Positions 1 to 9,407 of a stretch of DNA of 64,000 bases are shown piece after piece. The notes under the pieces are model-generated. The model was given only the letters and a program-made list of their open reading frames with translations, did no database searches and was not told where the DNA came from. The stretch comes from Gammaproteobacteria bacterium (GTDB lineage: Bacteria > Pseudomonadota > Gammaproteobacteria > Eutrophobiales > Eutrophobiaceae), in the NCBI GenBank assembly GCA_965229565.1, contig OZ245888.1:2073467-2137466 (forward strand), written 5' to 3'. The position numbers and the translations under genes are program-made. Within the stretch, counting starts at the first letter, position 1, and each line of letters opens with the position of its first letter.

Positions 1-2
1 GT

Positions 3-1946
3 CTATGATTCCAGTACTACCGGTTCGACATCATCAGGGCATTGAAACCCGAATATCTGTGAATAGAAATGCAGTTCGGCCTGCAGGGTGCGCTTGATGT
101 TCTTGGCCTGCCGAAACCCGTGTTGCTCACCTTCATAGGCCAGGTAAGCCACGGGGATGCCTTTCTTCTTAAGTGCGGCAACCATCATTTCAGCCTGGTT
201 TGGCAAGACGATACGGTCTTCGAGTCCCTGGAAAAATATAACCGGACAGGAAAGTCCTGACACGGCATTAATGGGTGAACGCTGCTGATAAATATCGCGG
301 GCTTCCGGGTAAGGCCCTATCAGTGAGTCCAGGTAACGAGATTCAAACTTGTGTGTGTCGCGTGCCAACGCCTCAAGGTCACTAACGCCATAATGACTGG
401 CACCGGCCTTGAACACATCGGTAAAAGCCAGCGCCGCAAGGGTTGTAAACCCGCCTGCACTACCGCCTCTTATGGCCAGCCGATCATTATCTGCCCAGCC
501 CTGCTCAACTGCATAAAGCGCGGCCTTGCAGCAATCATTCACATCCACGATACCCCATTGTCCCTGCAAGCGCTGTCGATAATCACGGCCATAACCTGAA
601 CTACCACCATAGTTAACATCGATGACGGCAAAACCACGACTGGTGAAAAACTGCACGACCATCTTCAGGCCATTATGAGATGCACCGGTAGGCCCGCCAT
701 GACTAATGACTATCAACGGCGGTTTTTCATTTTCCGGACCGGTAAATACCTTGTTCGCAGGTGCGTAGTAGAAGGCGTGCGCCTGTTCCTTTTCGGAGAC
801 GGAAAAACTGACAGACTTGCCTGTTGAAAGATAACCCGGATCAATTGCAAGATCATTGGACTTGCGCAAAATGCTGAAAGCCAGGGTAGCTGTATTGATT
901 TCAAGGATAGCAGGAAAAGCGGTCGGTGAGGCAGCAAGCAACCAGGCACGATTACCAGCACAAGTGACTGACTCCATGTCGGTAAATGGCAGGTCCAGTT
1001 TCTCAAGCTTGCCACTACTGATCTTGCCGCGACCCAGACAAGCCAGGCCATCGAGCCAGTAAATTAATAACAGATTATCGTTATCGATAAAATCATAGTT
1101 CTGTTCACCGAATGACCACTGTGGCACGGCAAACTCTGCCTCCATATCAAATACGCATTTCGATTGCTTGCCATCGTACCGGTACAGGTTCCACCAGCCA
1201 CTCTTGTCCGAGACGAAATACAGCTCGCCAGCAGCTGACCATTTTGGCTGTGTAACGGCTTCGTCATTACCCCCGGAGATAATGCAACTTTCACCAACTT
1301 CACCATTTTCGCTGATATCTGCCAGGCACAAGGTGGTTGTGTCCCAGGGCATATTTGGATGTGACCATGCTATCCAGCAAAGCTGCTTGTTATCAGGGCT
1401 TAATCTCGGGTAGGAATAAAAATCGTCGCCAGTTACCAGTATGGTTTCATCACCGGTACGAATATCGACAGCCGCAATCACGTTGACTGCTTCTGTATCA
1501 GGACTGGCATGCTCTTCCCTGATACAAATCAACCTGGATAATGAGCTATCGAACACCATGTCCGCGTAACGACAGTCAGGATTATGTGTTAATTGTATAC
1601 AGTTGCCATCCGGTCGCAGGTGATAGATCGCCTGGTCTGTAAAATTACAAAAGAAAATTCCCACGTCTGTAACAAGGTAAGATGCACCACCGTACTCATG
1701 CACCCGCGTTCTTGCATTAAAGTTTTTATCAATAGCATCGCTGTGCTTACCCGGGTTATCACGCTTGACGATGACATAGCGCCCGGCCTCCTCCGGTCGC
1801 ATCTCAATCCAGAATAATTCATCGTTAAAATGCTGTATCTCACCCAGGCCCACGCTGGAGCCCAGCATGAGTTCAGGTGTGATCGGAGACTTCCACGAAC
1901 CATAGGGGGCAACTTGTTTTGAACACATAGAGCTGGAAAACATCAA
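3..1946 (-). CDS. S9 family serine peptidase (prolyl oligopeptidase / acylaminoacyl-peptidase type)
   Basis: 647-aa ORF with a propeller-like N-terminal part and a C-terminal alpha/beta hydrolase carrying the nucleophile elbow GGSAGGF and a distal EGEQHGF His. Start 1946 or 1928 is ambiguous. Confidence 0.85.
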   Translation of the reverse strand: MMFSSSMCSKQVAPYGSWKSPITPELMLGSSVGLGEIQHFNDELFWIEMRPEEAGRYVIVKRDNPGKHSDAIDKNFNARTRVHEYGGASYLVTDVGIFFCNFTDQAIYHLRPDGNCIQLTHNPDCRYADMVFDSSLSRLICIREEHASPDTEAVNVIAAVDIRTGDETILVTGDDFYSYPRLSPDNKQLCWIAWSHPNMPWDTTTLCLADISENGEVGESCIISGGNDEAVTQPKWSAAGELYFVSDKSGWWNLYRYDGKQSKCVFDMEAEFAVPQWSFGEQNYDFIDNDNLLLIYWLDGLACLGRGKISSGKLEKLDLPFTDMESVTCAGNRAWLLAASPTAFPAILEINTATLAFSILRKSNDLAIDPGYLSTGKSVSFSVSEKEQAHAFYYAPANKVFTGPENEKPPLIVISHGGPTGASHNGLKMVVQFFTSRGFAVIDVNYGGSSGYGRDYRQRLQGQWGIVDVNDCCKAALYAVEQGWADNDRLAIRGGSAGGFTTLAALAFTDVFKAGASHYGVSDLEALARDTHKFESRYLDSLIGPYPEARDIYQQRSPINAVSGLSCPVIFFQGLEDRIVLPNQAEMMVAALKKKGIPVAYLAYEGEQHGFRQAKNIKRTLQAELHFYSQIFGFQCPDDVEPVVLES

Positions 1947-2007
1947 AGTATAAAGATTGGCGTATAATAACGAATCACAGCGTTTTTAACATGCCGCATC
2001 TGGAATT

Positions 2008-2952
2008 ATGAAAACAGGCTTTTTATCAGACGTACGTTTCATGGAACACGATACCGGCCCCGGTCACCCGGAGTGTCGAGAGCGCGTGTCTGTGACGCTT
2101 GAATACCTGCAGCAACAGGACTGGTTTCCTGGGTTGCAACAGCTGCAATCCAGGACTGCCAATGTAGAACAGGTAATGACCGTCCATGATCGTGTCTATA
2201 TCAATCGTGCCGAGGAGGTATGTCGCTCCGGCAACGCTTACCTGGATTCAATGGACGTCAGTGTTTGCCCGGACTCCTTTGATATAGCCTTGCTGGCTGC
2301 TGGTAGCGCCCTGCAGTTGGCCGATGACATGGTGAATGGCCATGTCGACAATGGTTTTGCCCTGTTACGTCCACCAGGTCACCATGCCGAGAACGGAATG
2401 GCACTTGGCTTTTGCCTGTTTAACAATGTCGCGATACTTGCACGCTACCTGCAGCAACAGCACGGTATGGACAAGATCGCTATCGTGGATTGGGATGTGC
2501 ATCATGGCAACGGCACTCAACACCTGTTCGAAGAAGACCCTACCGTGCTTTACATCAGCACACACCAGTTCCCTTATTACCCCGGCACAGGTAACTATAA
2601 CGAGGTTGGTATTGGTCGAGGCACCGGTTACACGTTGAATTGTCCCATGGCGGCTGGTGCTGATGATCAGGACTATGCAAAAGTATTTAATAAACAGATA
2701 TTACCTAAACTGGACGAATTCAAACCCGAGTGTATATTGATATCCGCCGGATTTGACGCGCATCGTTCCGACCCGCTTGGCAGCATTAATCTGAGTACGG
2801 AATTTTTCGGCTGGATGACCGGGCAATTAATGGACAAGGCGGAACAGCATTGTAACAATCGTATATTATCCATGCTGGAAGGTGGCTATAACCTGGATGC
2901 ATTGGCCCGCTGCGTCGGCGAACACCTGCAAACACTCTCTAAACAGAAATAA
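2008..2952 (+). CDS. Histone deacetylase-family amidohydrolase (AcuC/HDAC-like)
   Basis: 314 aa with signature motifs LRPPGHHA, DWDVHHGNGTQ and EGGY. Divergent from the S9 peptidase. Confidence 0.85.
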   Translation: MKTGFLSDVRFMEHDTGPGHPECRERVSVTLEYLQQQDWFPGLQQLQSRTANVEQVMTVHDRVYINRAEEVCRSGNAYLDSMDVSVCPDSFDIALLAAGSALQLADDMVNGHVDNGFALLRPPGHHAENGMALGFCLFNNVAILARYLQQQHGMDKIAIVDWDVHHGNGTQHLFEEDPTVLYISTHQFPYYPGTGNYNEVGIGRGTGYTLNCPMAAGADDQDYAKVFNKQILPKLDEFKPECILISAGFDAHRSDPLGSINLSTEFFGWMTGQLMDKAEQHCNNRILSMLEGGYNLDALARCVGEHLQTLSKQK

Positions 2953-2955
2953 CAT

Positions 2956-3630
2956 ATGCCTGATATTAAATATTTCATCGTACTAATCGCATGCCTGTCT
3001 ACATCATTACCCCTGTTCGCCCAGGACGATCAACCTATGTACGGCGGCATGGACAGGTCTGGCGATAAAGAACTGGCCATGCAGGATGCACGTTTTATCG
3101 CCGAGGCAACAAACACCTTTGGCACCAGGGAACATGCGTCGATTGGTTATGTAGATAGTGGCTTTGAAGCCCATCTAAACGACAAGAACAAACTTGCCAT
3201 GCAACGCTTTAACGAGGCCTGGCTGTTGAACCCGGACAATCCCTACGTGTATGTCGGTTTCGGCGTACTCTACAAAAAACAGGATCAATTTTGTGATGCC
3301 ATGCAGATGTTCGATCTGGCAGCAAACAAGGACCTGGCCGATGCAGGTTTCCTGGCGGACTACGCACTCATTATCAGCCAGTGTGCCAACACTGCCAACA
3401 ATCAATCGCGCGACAGTCTGTTTGCAAAGGCCACCAGCGTATATCAGCAGGCCGAGGAAACGCCTAACCCGAGGGTCCTGGCCTATGTATACCAGTCCTG
3501 GGCTGAATCATCATTGTTAAAAAACGACATCGAACACGCGCGCTTGATGCTGGATGAGGCAACCGCACTGGGGGCCACGGTCAAACCTGAACTGCAAGAC
3601 GCTATCAGGCGTGCAACCGGTGCGCAATGA
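2956..3630 (+). CDS. Secreted TPR-like protein, function unknown
   Basis: 224 aa with an N-terminal signal-like segment (FIVLIACLSTSLPLFAQ) and helical repeat-like content. Starts 4 nt after the HDAC stop. Confidence 0.45.
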   Translation: MPDIKYFIVLIACLSTSLPLFAQDDQPMYGGMDRSGDKELAMQDARFIAEATNTFGTREHASIGYVDSGFEAHLNDKNKLAMQRFNEAWLLNPDNPYVYVGFGVLYKKQDQFCDAMQMFDLAANKDLADAGFLADYALIISQCANTANNQSRDSLFAKATSVYQQAEETPNPRVLAYVYQSWAESSLLKNDIEHARLMLDEATALGATVKPELQDAIRRATGAQ

Positions 3631-3992
3631 AAGCACTGGTCATTATTGCCCATGGCAGTCGGCGTGCAGAATCGAACGATGAAGTGACACGCCTGACAGA
3701 GAAGGTTAGAAAACAGGCGGACGATTCTTTTCACTCGGTACGACATGCCTTCCTGGAACTGGCTGAGCCAGACCTGTTGTCTGTAATTGATGAACTAATC
3801 GAAAATAATATCAATGAAGTCACTATCCTGCCCTACTTCCTCAACTCGGGTAATCATGTGCGTCAGGATATCCCGGCCCTGTTACAAGCGGCAAAGAAAC
3901 AATATCCGCATTGCTCATTCAAACTGGCCGCAGCGATTGGTATGTACGATGGCATGCCGGAACTGATCCTGCACAGTGCCCGCCAGGTATAG
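3627..3992 (+). CDS. Small CbiX/SirB-type chelatase-fold protein
   Basis: 121 aa. The N-terminus ALVIIAHGSRR and the later ILPYFLNSGNHV are typical of CbiX-type sirohydrochlorin chelatases. ATGA overlap with the upstream gene. Confidence 0.6.
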   Translation: MKALVIIAHGSRRAESNDEVTRLTEKVRKQADDSFHSVRHAFLELAEPDLLSVIDELIENNINEVTILPYFLNSGNHVRQDIPALLQAAKKQYPHCSFKLAAAIGMYDGMPELILHSARQV

Positions 3993-4036
3993 GGCACCAG
4001 CTACACATAGCGGTTTCTTCTGCTATAGTGCGCGCC

Positions 4037-5317
4037 ATGCAAGTACACCTGAAAACACTCGGTTGCCGTCTTAACGAGGCCGAACTGGAATCCTGGGCTG
4101 AGGGATTCGAGGCTCACGGGCATGACATTGTCGATACACCTGATAATGCTGATCTTCTGATCGTTAACACCTGTGCTGTTACACAGGAGGCTGTAAAAAA
4201 ATCGCGCCAGATTATCCGTCGTGCACATCGCCGGAACCCGGCAGCCAAGCTCGTTATCAGTGGTTGTTATGCCAGTCTTGATAAAAGAATCCGACAGGAC
4301 ATCAACAGCATTGACCTGGTCGTTGATAATCAGCACAAGGACAGGCTCGTTGATATCGCCTTGCGCGAACTTGATGTTGATACCATGCCCGCCATCTCAA
4401 CCGAGCCCGGTGCGGCTGCGATATTCAAACGCGGCAGGCATCGCGCCTTTATCAAGATCCAGGATGGCTGTCGATACCGTTGTACCTTTTGCATCGTCAC
4501 GGTTGCCCGTGGCGCAGAGCGTAGCCGAACGCCAGCAGCGATCATAGATGATATCAATCGAATCCATGCCGAGGGCATACAGGAAGTTGTCCTCACCGGC
4601 GTACACCTGGGAGGCTATGGCAGTGATATAGACAACAGCCTGATGCAGGTGATTGAACAAATACTGGCTGAAACCGATGTCCCAAGGATACGACTGGCTT
4701 CGCTTGAACCCTGGGACCTGCCCGAAGGATTTTTCAGGCTGTTTGAAAATCCGCGCTTGATGCCGCATATGCATCTGCCTTTACAAAGTGGCAGTAACAG
4801 CGTGTTACGCCGCATGGCAAGGCGCTGCAAAACTGATGATTTCGAACAACTGGTTACACAGGCGCGTAGAGAAATTAATGGGTTCAACCTGACGACTGAC
4901 ATCATCGTCGGTTTTCCCGGTGAAACTGACAGTGAGTGGCGGGAATCAATCGATTTTATTGAGCGTATTGGTTTTTCCCACGTCCATATTTTTACTTATT
5001 CCAGGCGCGATGGAACCAGGGCGGCAACTTTACCGGAAGCAGTCGCAAGCGAGGTAAAAAGATCTCGTAGCCGCGAGTTACATCGATTGACCCGGCGTAT
5101 GCGGCAAGACTACCTGGTCGACAGGATCAACGAAACACACCAGGTTTTATGGGAATCCAGGAATGAAAACGGCTACCAGACCGGCTATACAGACAACTAT
5201 ATCCGTGTGCAACTGGCGGACAGTCACGACGTGGACCTGGAACACCGGATCTCGGCGGTCAAACTGGAAGGCGTAGCAGAAGACGCATCGCTGATGTACG
5301 CCAGCCTGCCAGATTGA
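4037..5317 (+). CDS. mtaB: Radical SAM methylthiotransferase, MtaB-like (tRNA ms2t6A)
   Basis: N-terminus MQVHLKTLGCRLNEAE (UPF0004/MTTase), radical SAM cluster CRYRCTFCIV and a C-terminal TRAM-like region. I use the ATG at 4037; the 3911 ORF start overlaps the CbiX gene. Confidence 0.75.
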   Translation: MQVHLKTLGCRLNEAELESWAEGFEAHGHDIVDTPDNADLLIVNTCAVTQEAVKKSRQIIRRAHRRNPAAKLVISGCYASLDKRIRQDINSIDLVVDNQHKDRLVDIALRELDVDTMPAISTEPGAAAIFKRGRHRAFIKIQDGCRYRCTFCIVTVARGAERSRTPAAIIDDINRIHAEGIQEVVLTGVHLGGYGSDIDNSLMQVIEQILAETDVPRIRLASLEPWDLPEGFFRLFENPRLMPHMHLPLQSGSNSVLRRMARRCKTDDFEQLVTQARREINGFNLTTDIIVGFPGETDSEWRESIDFIERIGFSHVHIFTYSRRDGTRAATLPEAVASEVKRSRSRELHRLTRRMRQDYLVDRINETHQVLWESRNENGYQTGYTDNYIRVQLADSHDVDLEHRISAVKLEGVAEDASLMYASLPD

Positions 5318-5343
5318 AACTGCGGATCCCGTTATAACGCGGA

Positions 5344-5838
5344 TCAAAATTCCTGCTCACCAGCAGGAATTTCGGCATTTTCTTGTTGAATCCATGCCTC
5401 AACTTCTTCCAGTGACTTGATTGCAAATAGCACCCTGTCACGCTCACCCTGTATCTCATCGGCATCATGAAATGCCCCCAACATTCTCGGAGTTTTTTCA
5501 AACTTATGGGCATTCAGCATGATCTGGTTGATCTCTTTAGCCTGTTCAGGCGGGAACTTCTTGCCCCACATCTCGTGCTTCAAACGTGCAAGGTGTCGTT
5601 TCAGTTCTTTCCTGTCCTGCTCCAGTAGTTCGTACTCGGCTTTCATTTGCTGCACATGTTGATCGTGCTGCATTGCCTCACTGCTTGAATCACTGTCCGG
5701 CACCGTGATCTCAGAGGCCTGCTGTGCTGTTGACACCTCGGGTGTCGAACTTGCCTTTTCTCCCGTGGATTCGGGCCAGAAAAGTGTCAGGATTGAGACC
5801 ACCAGGATGGCTATCACCAGGCCCATCATTGCCTTCAT
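5344..5838 (-). CDS. Single-pass membrane protein, function unknown
   Basis: 164 aa with one N-terminal TM (GLVIAILVVSILTLFW), a Ser/Thr-rich linker and a charged helical C-terminal part. Confidence 0.5.
   Translation of the reverse strand: MKAMMGLVIAILVVSILTLFWPESTGEKASSTPEVSTAQQASEITVPDSDSSSEAMQHDQHVQQMKAEYELLEQDRKELKRHLARLKHEMWGKKFPPEQAKEINQIMLNAHKFEKTPRMLGAFHDADEIQGERDRVLFAIKSLEEVEAWIQQENAEIPAGEQEF
5347..5372. terminator. Perfect 11-bp stem hairpin between convergent genes
   Basis: AAATTCCTGCT-cacc-AGCAGGAATTT. On the minus strand it is followed by TTTTGA, which contains the stop codon of the 5344..5838 gene. It lies 30 nt after the mtaB stop. Confidence 0.4.
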
Positions 5839-5970
5839 TGTACGACTTACCTCGTTAGCTTGTTGTGTATTGAGAAGTGATTCACAGGGTTAGATACAAC
5901 TATGTAGACCAGTTCAAAAAATACTTCTTCTGCTCTTCGTATATATTGAATTTTACTATATATAAACACT

Positions 5971-6162
5971 ATGCAAGCAGACAAATACATCAAATATTAC
6001 CTGGTAAACGACATCATTCTTGCGATCGTGCTAGCCGTCACCGGCTATGCCTGGTACCTGCTAATCAGTGGCCAGGCCAACCCCGATGAAGTTGCCCGGG
6101 GCGATGCAATCGCGGATGTGGTCATCCCGGCAAAACCGGATGCCAGGGTCAACGAGAGCTGA
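5971..6162 (+). CDS. Possible small membrane protein
   Basis: 63-aa ORF with one hydrophobic helix (IILAIVLAVTGYAWYLLI). No clear Shine-Dalgarno, and it lies in an AT-rich gap. Confidence 0.25.
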   Translation: MQADKYIKYYLVNDIILAIVLAVTGYAWYLLISGQANPDEVARGDAIADVVIPAKPDARVNES

Positions 6163-6182
6163 TAGCCGTGAGACCCAATAAT

Positions 6183-6208
6183 TACTGATAAATATTTATT
6201 TATCAGTA
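6183..6208. promoter_or_regulatory. 26-bp perfect palindrome, candidate dimeric regulator site
   Basis: TACTGATAAATA-tt-TATTTATCAGTA read directly. It lies in the AT-rich gap about 150 nt upstream of the PilZ-like gene. Confidence 0.5.
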
Positions 6209-6355
6209 GTTTATATGATTTTAAACAACTATTAATTAAAGCAATTAGCAAGGATTACAAGATAACTAGCTGAAATAATTAAATTATTGCTTGATTTCCC
6301 GAATCAATTGGACTAAATATACTTCAATAAGTAATTGATTCATGGGGAGATCAAG

Positions 6356-6859
6356 ATGCTAGCAGCCAACAGTTCCAATGTTAAATATCGACCTGCCCCC
6401 CTGCCCAACCCGCAGGACATCAAACAAATGGACTTCAGTAATGAACAGTTACAGGGGTTCATCAAGCACCCGGAGCGATTCCCGCTCCATGTTAAGCGAC
6501 TTAACTTCTGGGAAAAGTCCAGGCTGGACATGAGCAACCCATCCAACATTGGTTTGACCTACTCCTGCGACCAGCCGCAAAAACTTGGCAGTATTCTCGA
6601 AATCACGGTGCCCACCAGGAAAGAAACCCACGCATTCAAAGGTAAGGTCGTGGCCATTAGAGAAAAAGACAGCGGCTACGACATAGGTGTCTGGCTGATC
6701 AATGCCGAGGATGCACCGAAATTAAGAATTATTGAACAAATCTGTCACATCGAGCTCTATCTCAACGACAAAAAATATCGTGAGGGCCCGTTTGTCAGCC
6801 CGGAAAAGATTACACAAGAATGGATTGGCAAATATGCCAGTCATTTTCCCGTGAATTAA
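6356..6859 (+). CDS. PilZ-like domain protein
   Basis: 167 aa from the ATG at 6356, with GGGGAGA 5 nt upstream. It has an NxSxxG-type element (NPSNIG) and a beta-rich core (GKVVAIREKDSGYDIGVWL). The RxxxR half is not clear. Confidence 0.45.
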   Translation: MLAANSSNVKYRPAPLPNPQDIKQMDFSNEQLQGFIKHPERFPLHVKRLNFWEKSRLDMSNPSNIGLTYSCDQPQKLGSILEITVPTRKETHAFKGKVVAIREKDSGYDIGVWLINAEDAPKLRIIEQICHIELYLNDKKYREGPFVSPEKITQEWIGKYASHFPVN

Positions 6860-6891
6860 GAAAGAGCATATAACAAGAGGATAATCTGCAA

Positions 6892-7026
6892 ATGTATTAC
6901 GTGAGAACAACTAACGGCGGCATGCTGGCAATCACGCCCAGGGCCACGGCAGTCGTAGCTGTTAAGAAAAATGCCGCGGCCAATGAACCGGTGGCAAATA
7001 ACAAGAAAACTGCCAAGAAGCGTTAA
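6892..7026 (+). CDS. Possible 44-aa basic small protein
   Basis: Hand translation: [51 protein letters not shown] lies 10 nt upstream of the ATG. It is below the ORF-track size cutoff. Confidence 0.3.
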   Translation: MYYVRTTNGGMLAITPRATAVVAVKKNAAANEPVANNKKTAKKR

Positions 7027-7676
7027 TCCTTCAGGACCACGCCTGTGCCGCCGAGGCCACAGTATCCGGCAGGATTTTTTGCCAGGTATTGCTGGTGATA
7101 GTCCTCAGCATAGTAAAACCCGGGCAGATCCATGATTTCAGTCGTAATATTTCCATAGCCTGCCGCTGAAAGTTGTTCCTGGTAGCGTTGCCGCGATGCC
7201 AGTGCGATATCTTTTTGTTCGGGTATGCTGGTATATATTCCTGACCGGTACTGTGTTCCGACGTCATTCCCCTGGCGCATACCCTGGGTCGGGTCATGCG
7301 ATTCCCAGAACAGTTTAAGCAATGATTCGAAACCGACCTCTACTGGTCTGTATACGACCAGCACTACTTCGTTGTGTCCGGTGCGACCGGTACAAACCTC
7401 TTCGTAGGTAGGGTTAGGAGTAATACCTGCCGCGTACCCGACCGCTGTCGTATAAACCCCTTTAAGCTGCCAGAATTTTTTTTCAGCGCCCCAGAAACAT
7501 CCGAGACCAAACACTACCTGTTCAGTCTCCGCGGGAAAAGGCGGTGTAAGCGGGTTCCCCAGCACATAATGTTTCTCGCCTACCGGCATCGCAGAGTCAC
7601 GACCGGGCAAGGCCTCGGCAGCTGTTGGCATTGTTTGCTTTTTCTGCAATCCCATGAGCATATTCATCAGGTCCAC
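7023..7676 (-). CDS. msrA: Peptide methionine (S)-S-oxide reductase
   Basis: 217 aa with the active-site motif GCFWGAE and overall collinearity with E. coli MsrA (ALPGR...MPV). Confidence 0.9.
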   Translation of the reverse strand: MDLMNMLMGLQKKQTMPTAAEALPGRDSAMPVGEKHYVLGNPLTPPFPAETEQVVFGLGCFWGAEKKFWQLKGVYTTAVGYAAGITPNPTYEEVCTGRTGHNEVVLVVYRPVEVGFESLLKLFWESHDPTQGMRQGNDVGTQYRSGIYTSIPEQKDIALASRQRYQEQLSAAGYGNITTEIMDLPGFYYAEDYHQQYLAKNPAGYCGLGGTGVVLKD

Positions 7677-7680
7677 CAGT

Positions 7681-8442
7681 CTAGCTATCCGTACTTACTT
7701 GCGCCGGCCCTTCCGTTGCAGGCAACTCTGCAAAGCAATCCAGGTAGGCTTGATAAACACTGGCATTGAATACTGGCAGTAATATCAGGAAGCCTAATCC
7801 CAACGGAATTGTTGCCAGGATACCAAGCACGAAAATCACAATACCGTATAGCGTGAAGGCAGGCACGTTATACAGGCAGGCCTTGAAGCTTAATAACATG
7901 GCCTGTACGGTGCCACACTTCGTATTCACCAACAATGCTGGTGCAAACCAGGTACACATCAGGATAGGCAGGTATAACAGGCTCGCAACCAACAATAAAA
8001 CCGAGAGGTCGGCCATGTACTTTGCGATGTTTTCCGACTGCATATTTTGCAATTGCTGTAGAAAATCCATGCCGCCTAGAGCTATGAAAATTACGGCCAT
8101 CAAGATTATTAGCAGGATCATGTTCAGGACCGTCAAAATAACGCCTAGCAGCAGCAGACGTTTCACATACGGTGCCGAGAAGCCGGCAAAGGCATGTTGA
8201 AACTCAAACTGCTGCCCTTCTGCATGCGCCTTGCAACCGAGCATTAAGCCACCGGTAAATATTGGCCAAATCACATAGCTTAATAAACCGCCAAGCGGGA
8301 TCACGCCGATGACAATCATGATTAAAAATACCACGATCATGGCAGCTATCCAGCCTAACGGATTTTTCGTAAAATAACCCAGTCCATCTGTTAGCCAGCC
8401 CAGGCCTCGACCAAATGACGCAGTCCTGATTTGTACATTCAT
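7681..8442 (-). CDS. Polytopic membrane protein, BPSS1780/DUF2189-like
   Basis: 253 aa from the ATG at 8442. The N-terminus [31 protein letters not shown] resembles that family, and there are several TM helices. It lies 4 nt upstream of msrA on the same strand. Confidence 0.5.
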   Translation of the reverse strand: MNVQIRTASFGRGLGWLTDGLGYFTKNPLGWIAAMIVVFLIMIVIGVIPLGGLLSYVIWPIFTGGLMLGCKAHAEGQQFEFQHAFAGFSAPYVKRLLLLGVILTVLNMILLIILMAVIFIALGGMDFLQQLQNMQSENIAKYMADLSVLLLVASLLYLPILMCTWFAPALLVNTKCGTVQAMLLSFKACLYNVPAFTLYGIVIFVLGILATIPLGLGFLILLPVFNASVYQAYLDCFAELPATEGPAQVSTDS

Positions 8443-8536
8443 AAGCTTGTGTCCATATAACAAATATCTGATATGTTCCTACATTGAGGATAACCAGTAT
8501 CAGCCCGAATTTATAGCTTAGGTCAAAAATAACAGT

Positions 8537-9262
8537 ATGACTTATCTATTCCTGTTTGCCTGTGGGGCTATTGCCTGGTTTTTCAGCACCGTGGTTGCCG
8601 GTGGTGCGGCAACGCTACTTATACCCGTTATTTCTTTCTTGCTGGGCGCACAACTGGTAGCACCCGTAGTATCACTGGCCGCATTAATCGCCAATCCATC
8701 ACGCATGCTGATGTTTCGCCATGATATCGACTGGAAGGTATTGTCTTATATGATCCCTGGCAGCATTCTCGGTGCGATACTCGGGGCATGGTCACTGACC
8801 CTGATCGATACCCGGTTGATTCAACTGTTACTTGGCCTGTTCCTGGTGACATATGTACTACAGGAACGGTTTTCAAAATCAGAACTTTCCCTGCAGATGC
8901 GCTTGCCCGGTTTTTTCCCGCTGGGGTTTGGTGTGTCTTACCTGTCAGGCCTGGTCGGGGCCACCGGTCCCCTGCACAACCCGTTTATGATGCGCTATGG
9001 GTTGATGAAAGAAAAACTGGTCGGCACCAAGTCCGTCAATTCGCTGGTAATGCAATTGACCAAGTTGATAAGTTACGGCGGACTGGGACTGCTGACGCTG
9101 GATGTCGGGGTATACGGTATTACTCTTGGCCTTGGCGCCACGCTGGGCGTATACCTCGCACGCCACCAGTTAAGAAAAATCGAGGTTCAACAATTTCGCC
9201 AGTACGCACTGGCATTCATGTTTGTCAGCGGTATCACCTTATTTATCAAGGCTTTAAGCTAG
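8537..9262 (+). CDS. TauE/SafE family (DUF81) anion exporter
   Basis: 241 aa with about 7-8 TM helices and Gly-rich helices typical of TauE/SafE. Confidence 0.75.
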   Translation: MTYLFLFACGAIAWFFSTVVAGGAATLLIPVISFLLGAQLVAPVVSLAALIANPSRMLMFRHDIDWKVLSYMIPGSILGAILGAWSLTLIDTRLIQLLLGLFLVTYVLQERFSKSELSLQMRLPGFFPLGFGVSYLSGLVGATGPLHNPFMMRYGLMKEKLVGTKSVNSLVMQLTKLISYGGLGLLTLDVGVYGITLGLGATLGVYLARHQLRKIEVQQFRQYALAFMFVSGITLFIKALS

Positions 9263-9407
9263 GCTCCTGCATCAGTGGTGTGTTTCACTGCAACATACCA
9301 TAAGTTATTAAATTTGCATGCTTTTTAATATTATTTATTGCAGTGCACCACATATCGTTTACAATTGTCATCCAAATATTTCATTCCATATCAGTAAGAG
9401 GTTTAAC

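Noticed and set aside
3911-4036. N-terminal 42-codon extension of the MtaB-like ORF
   Set aside because: It overlaps the end of the CbiX-like gene and has no family similarity. The conserved MTTase N-terminus begins at the ATG at 4037.
6183-6208. Possible LexA (SOS) box, because of TACTG...CAGTA ends
   Set aside because: The CTG and CAG cores are 16 nt apart, not the 10 nt of the gammaproteobacterial CTGT-N8-ACAG box. I kept it only as an unassigned palindrome.
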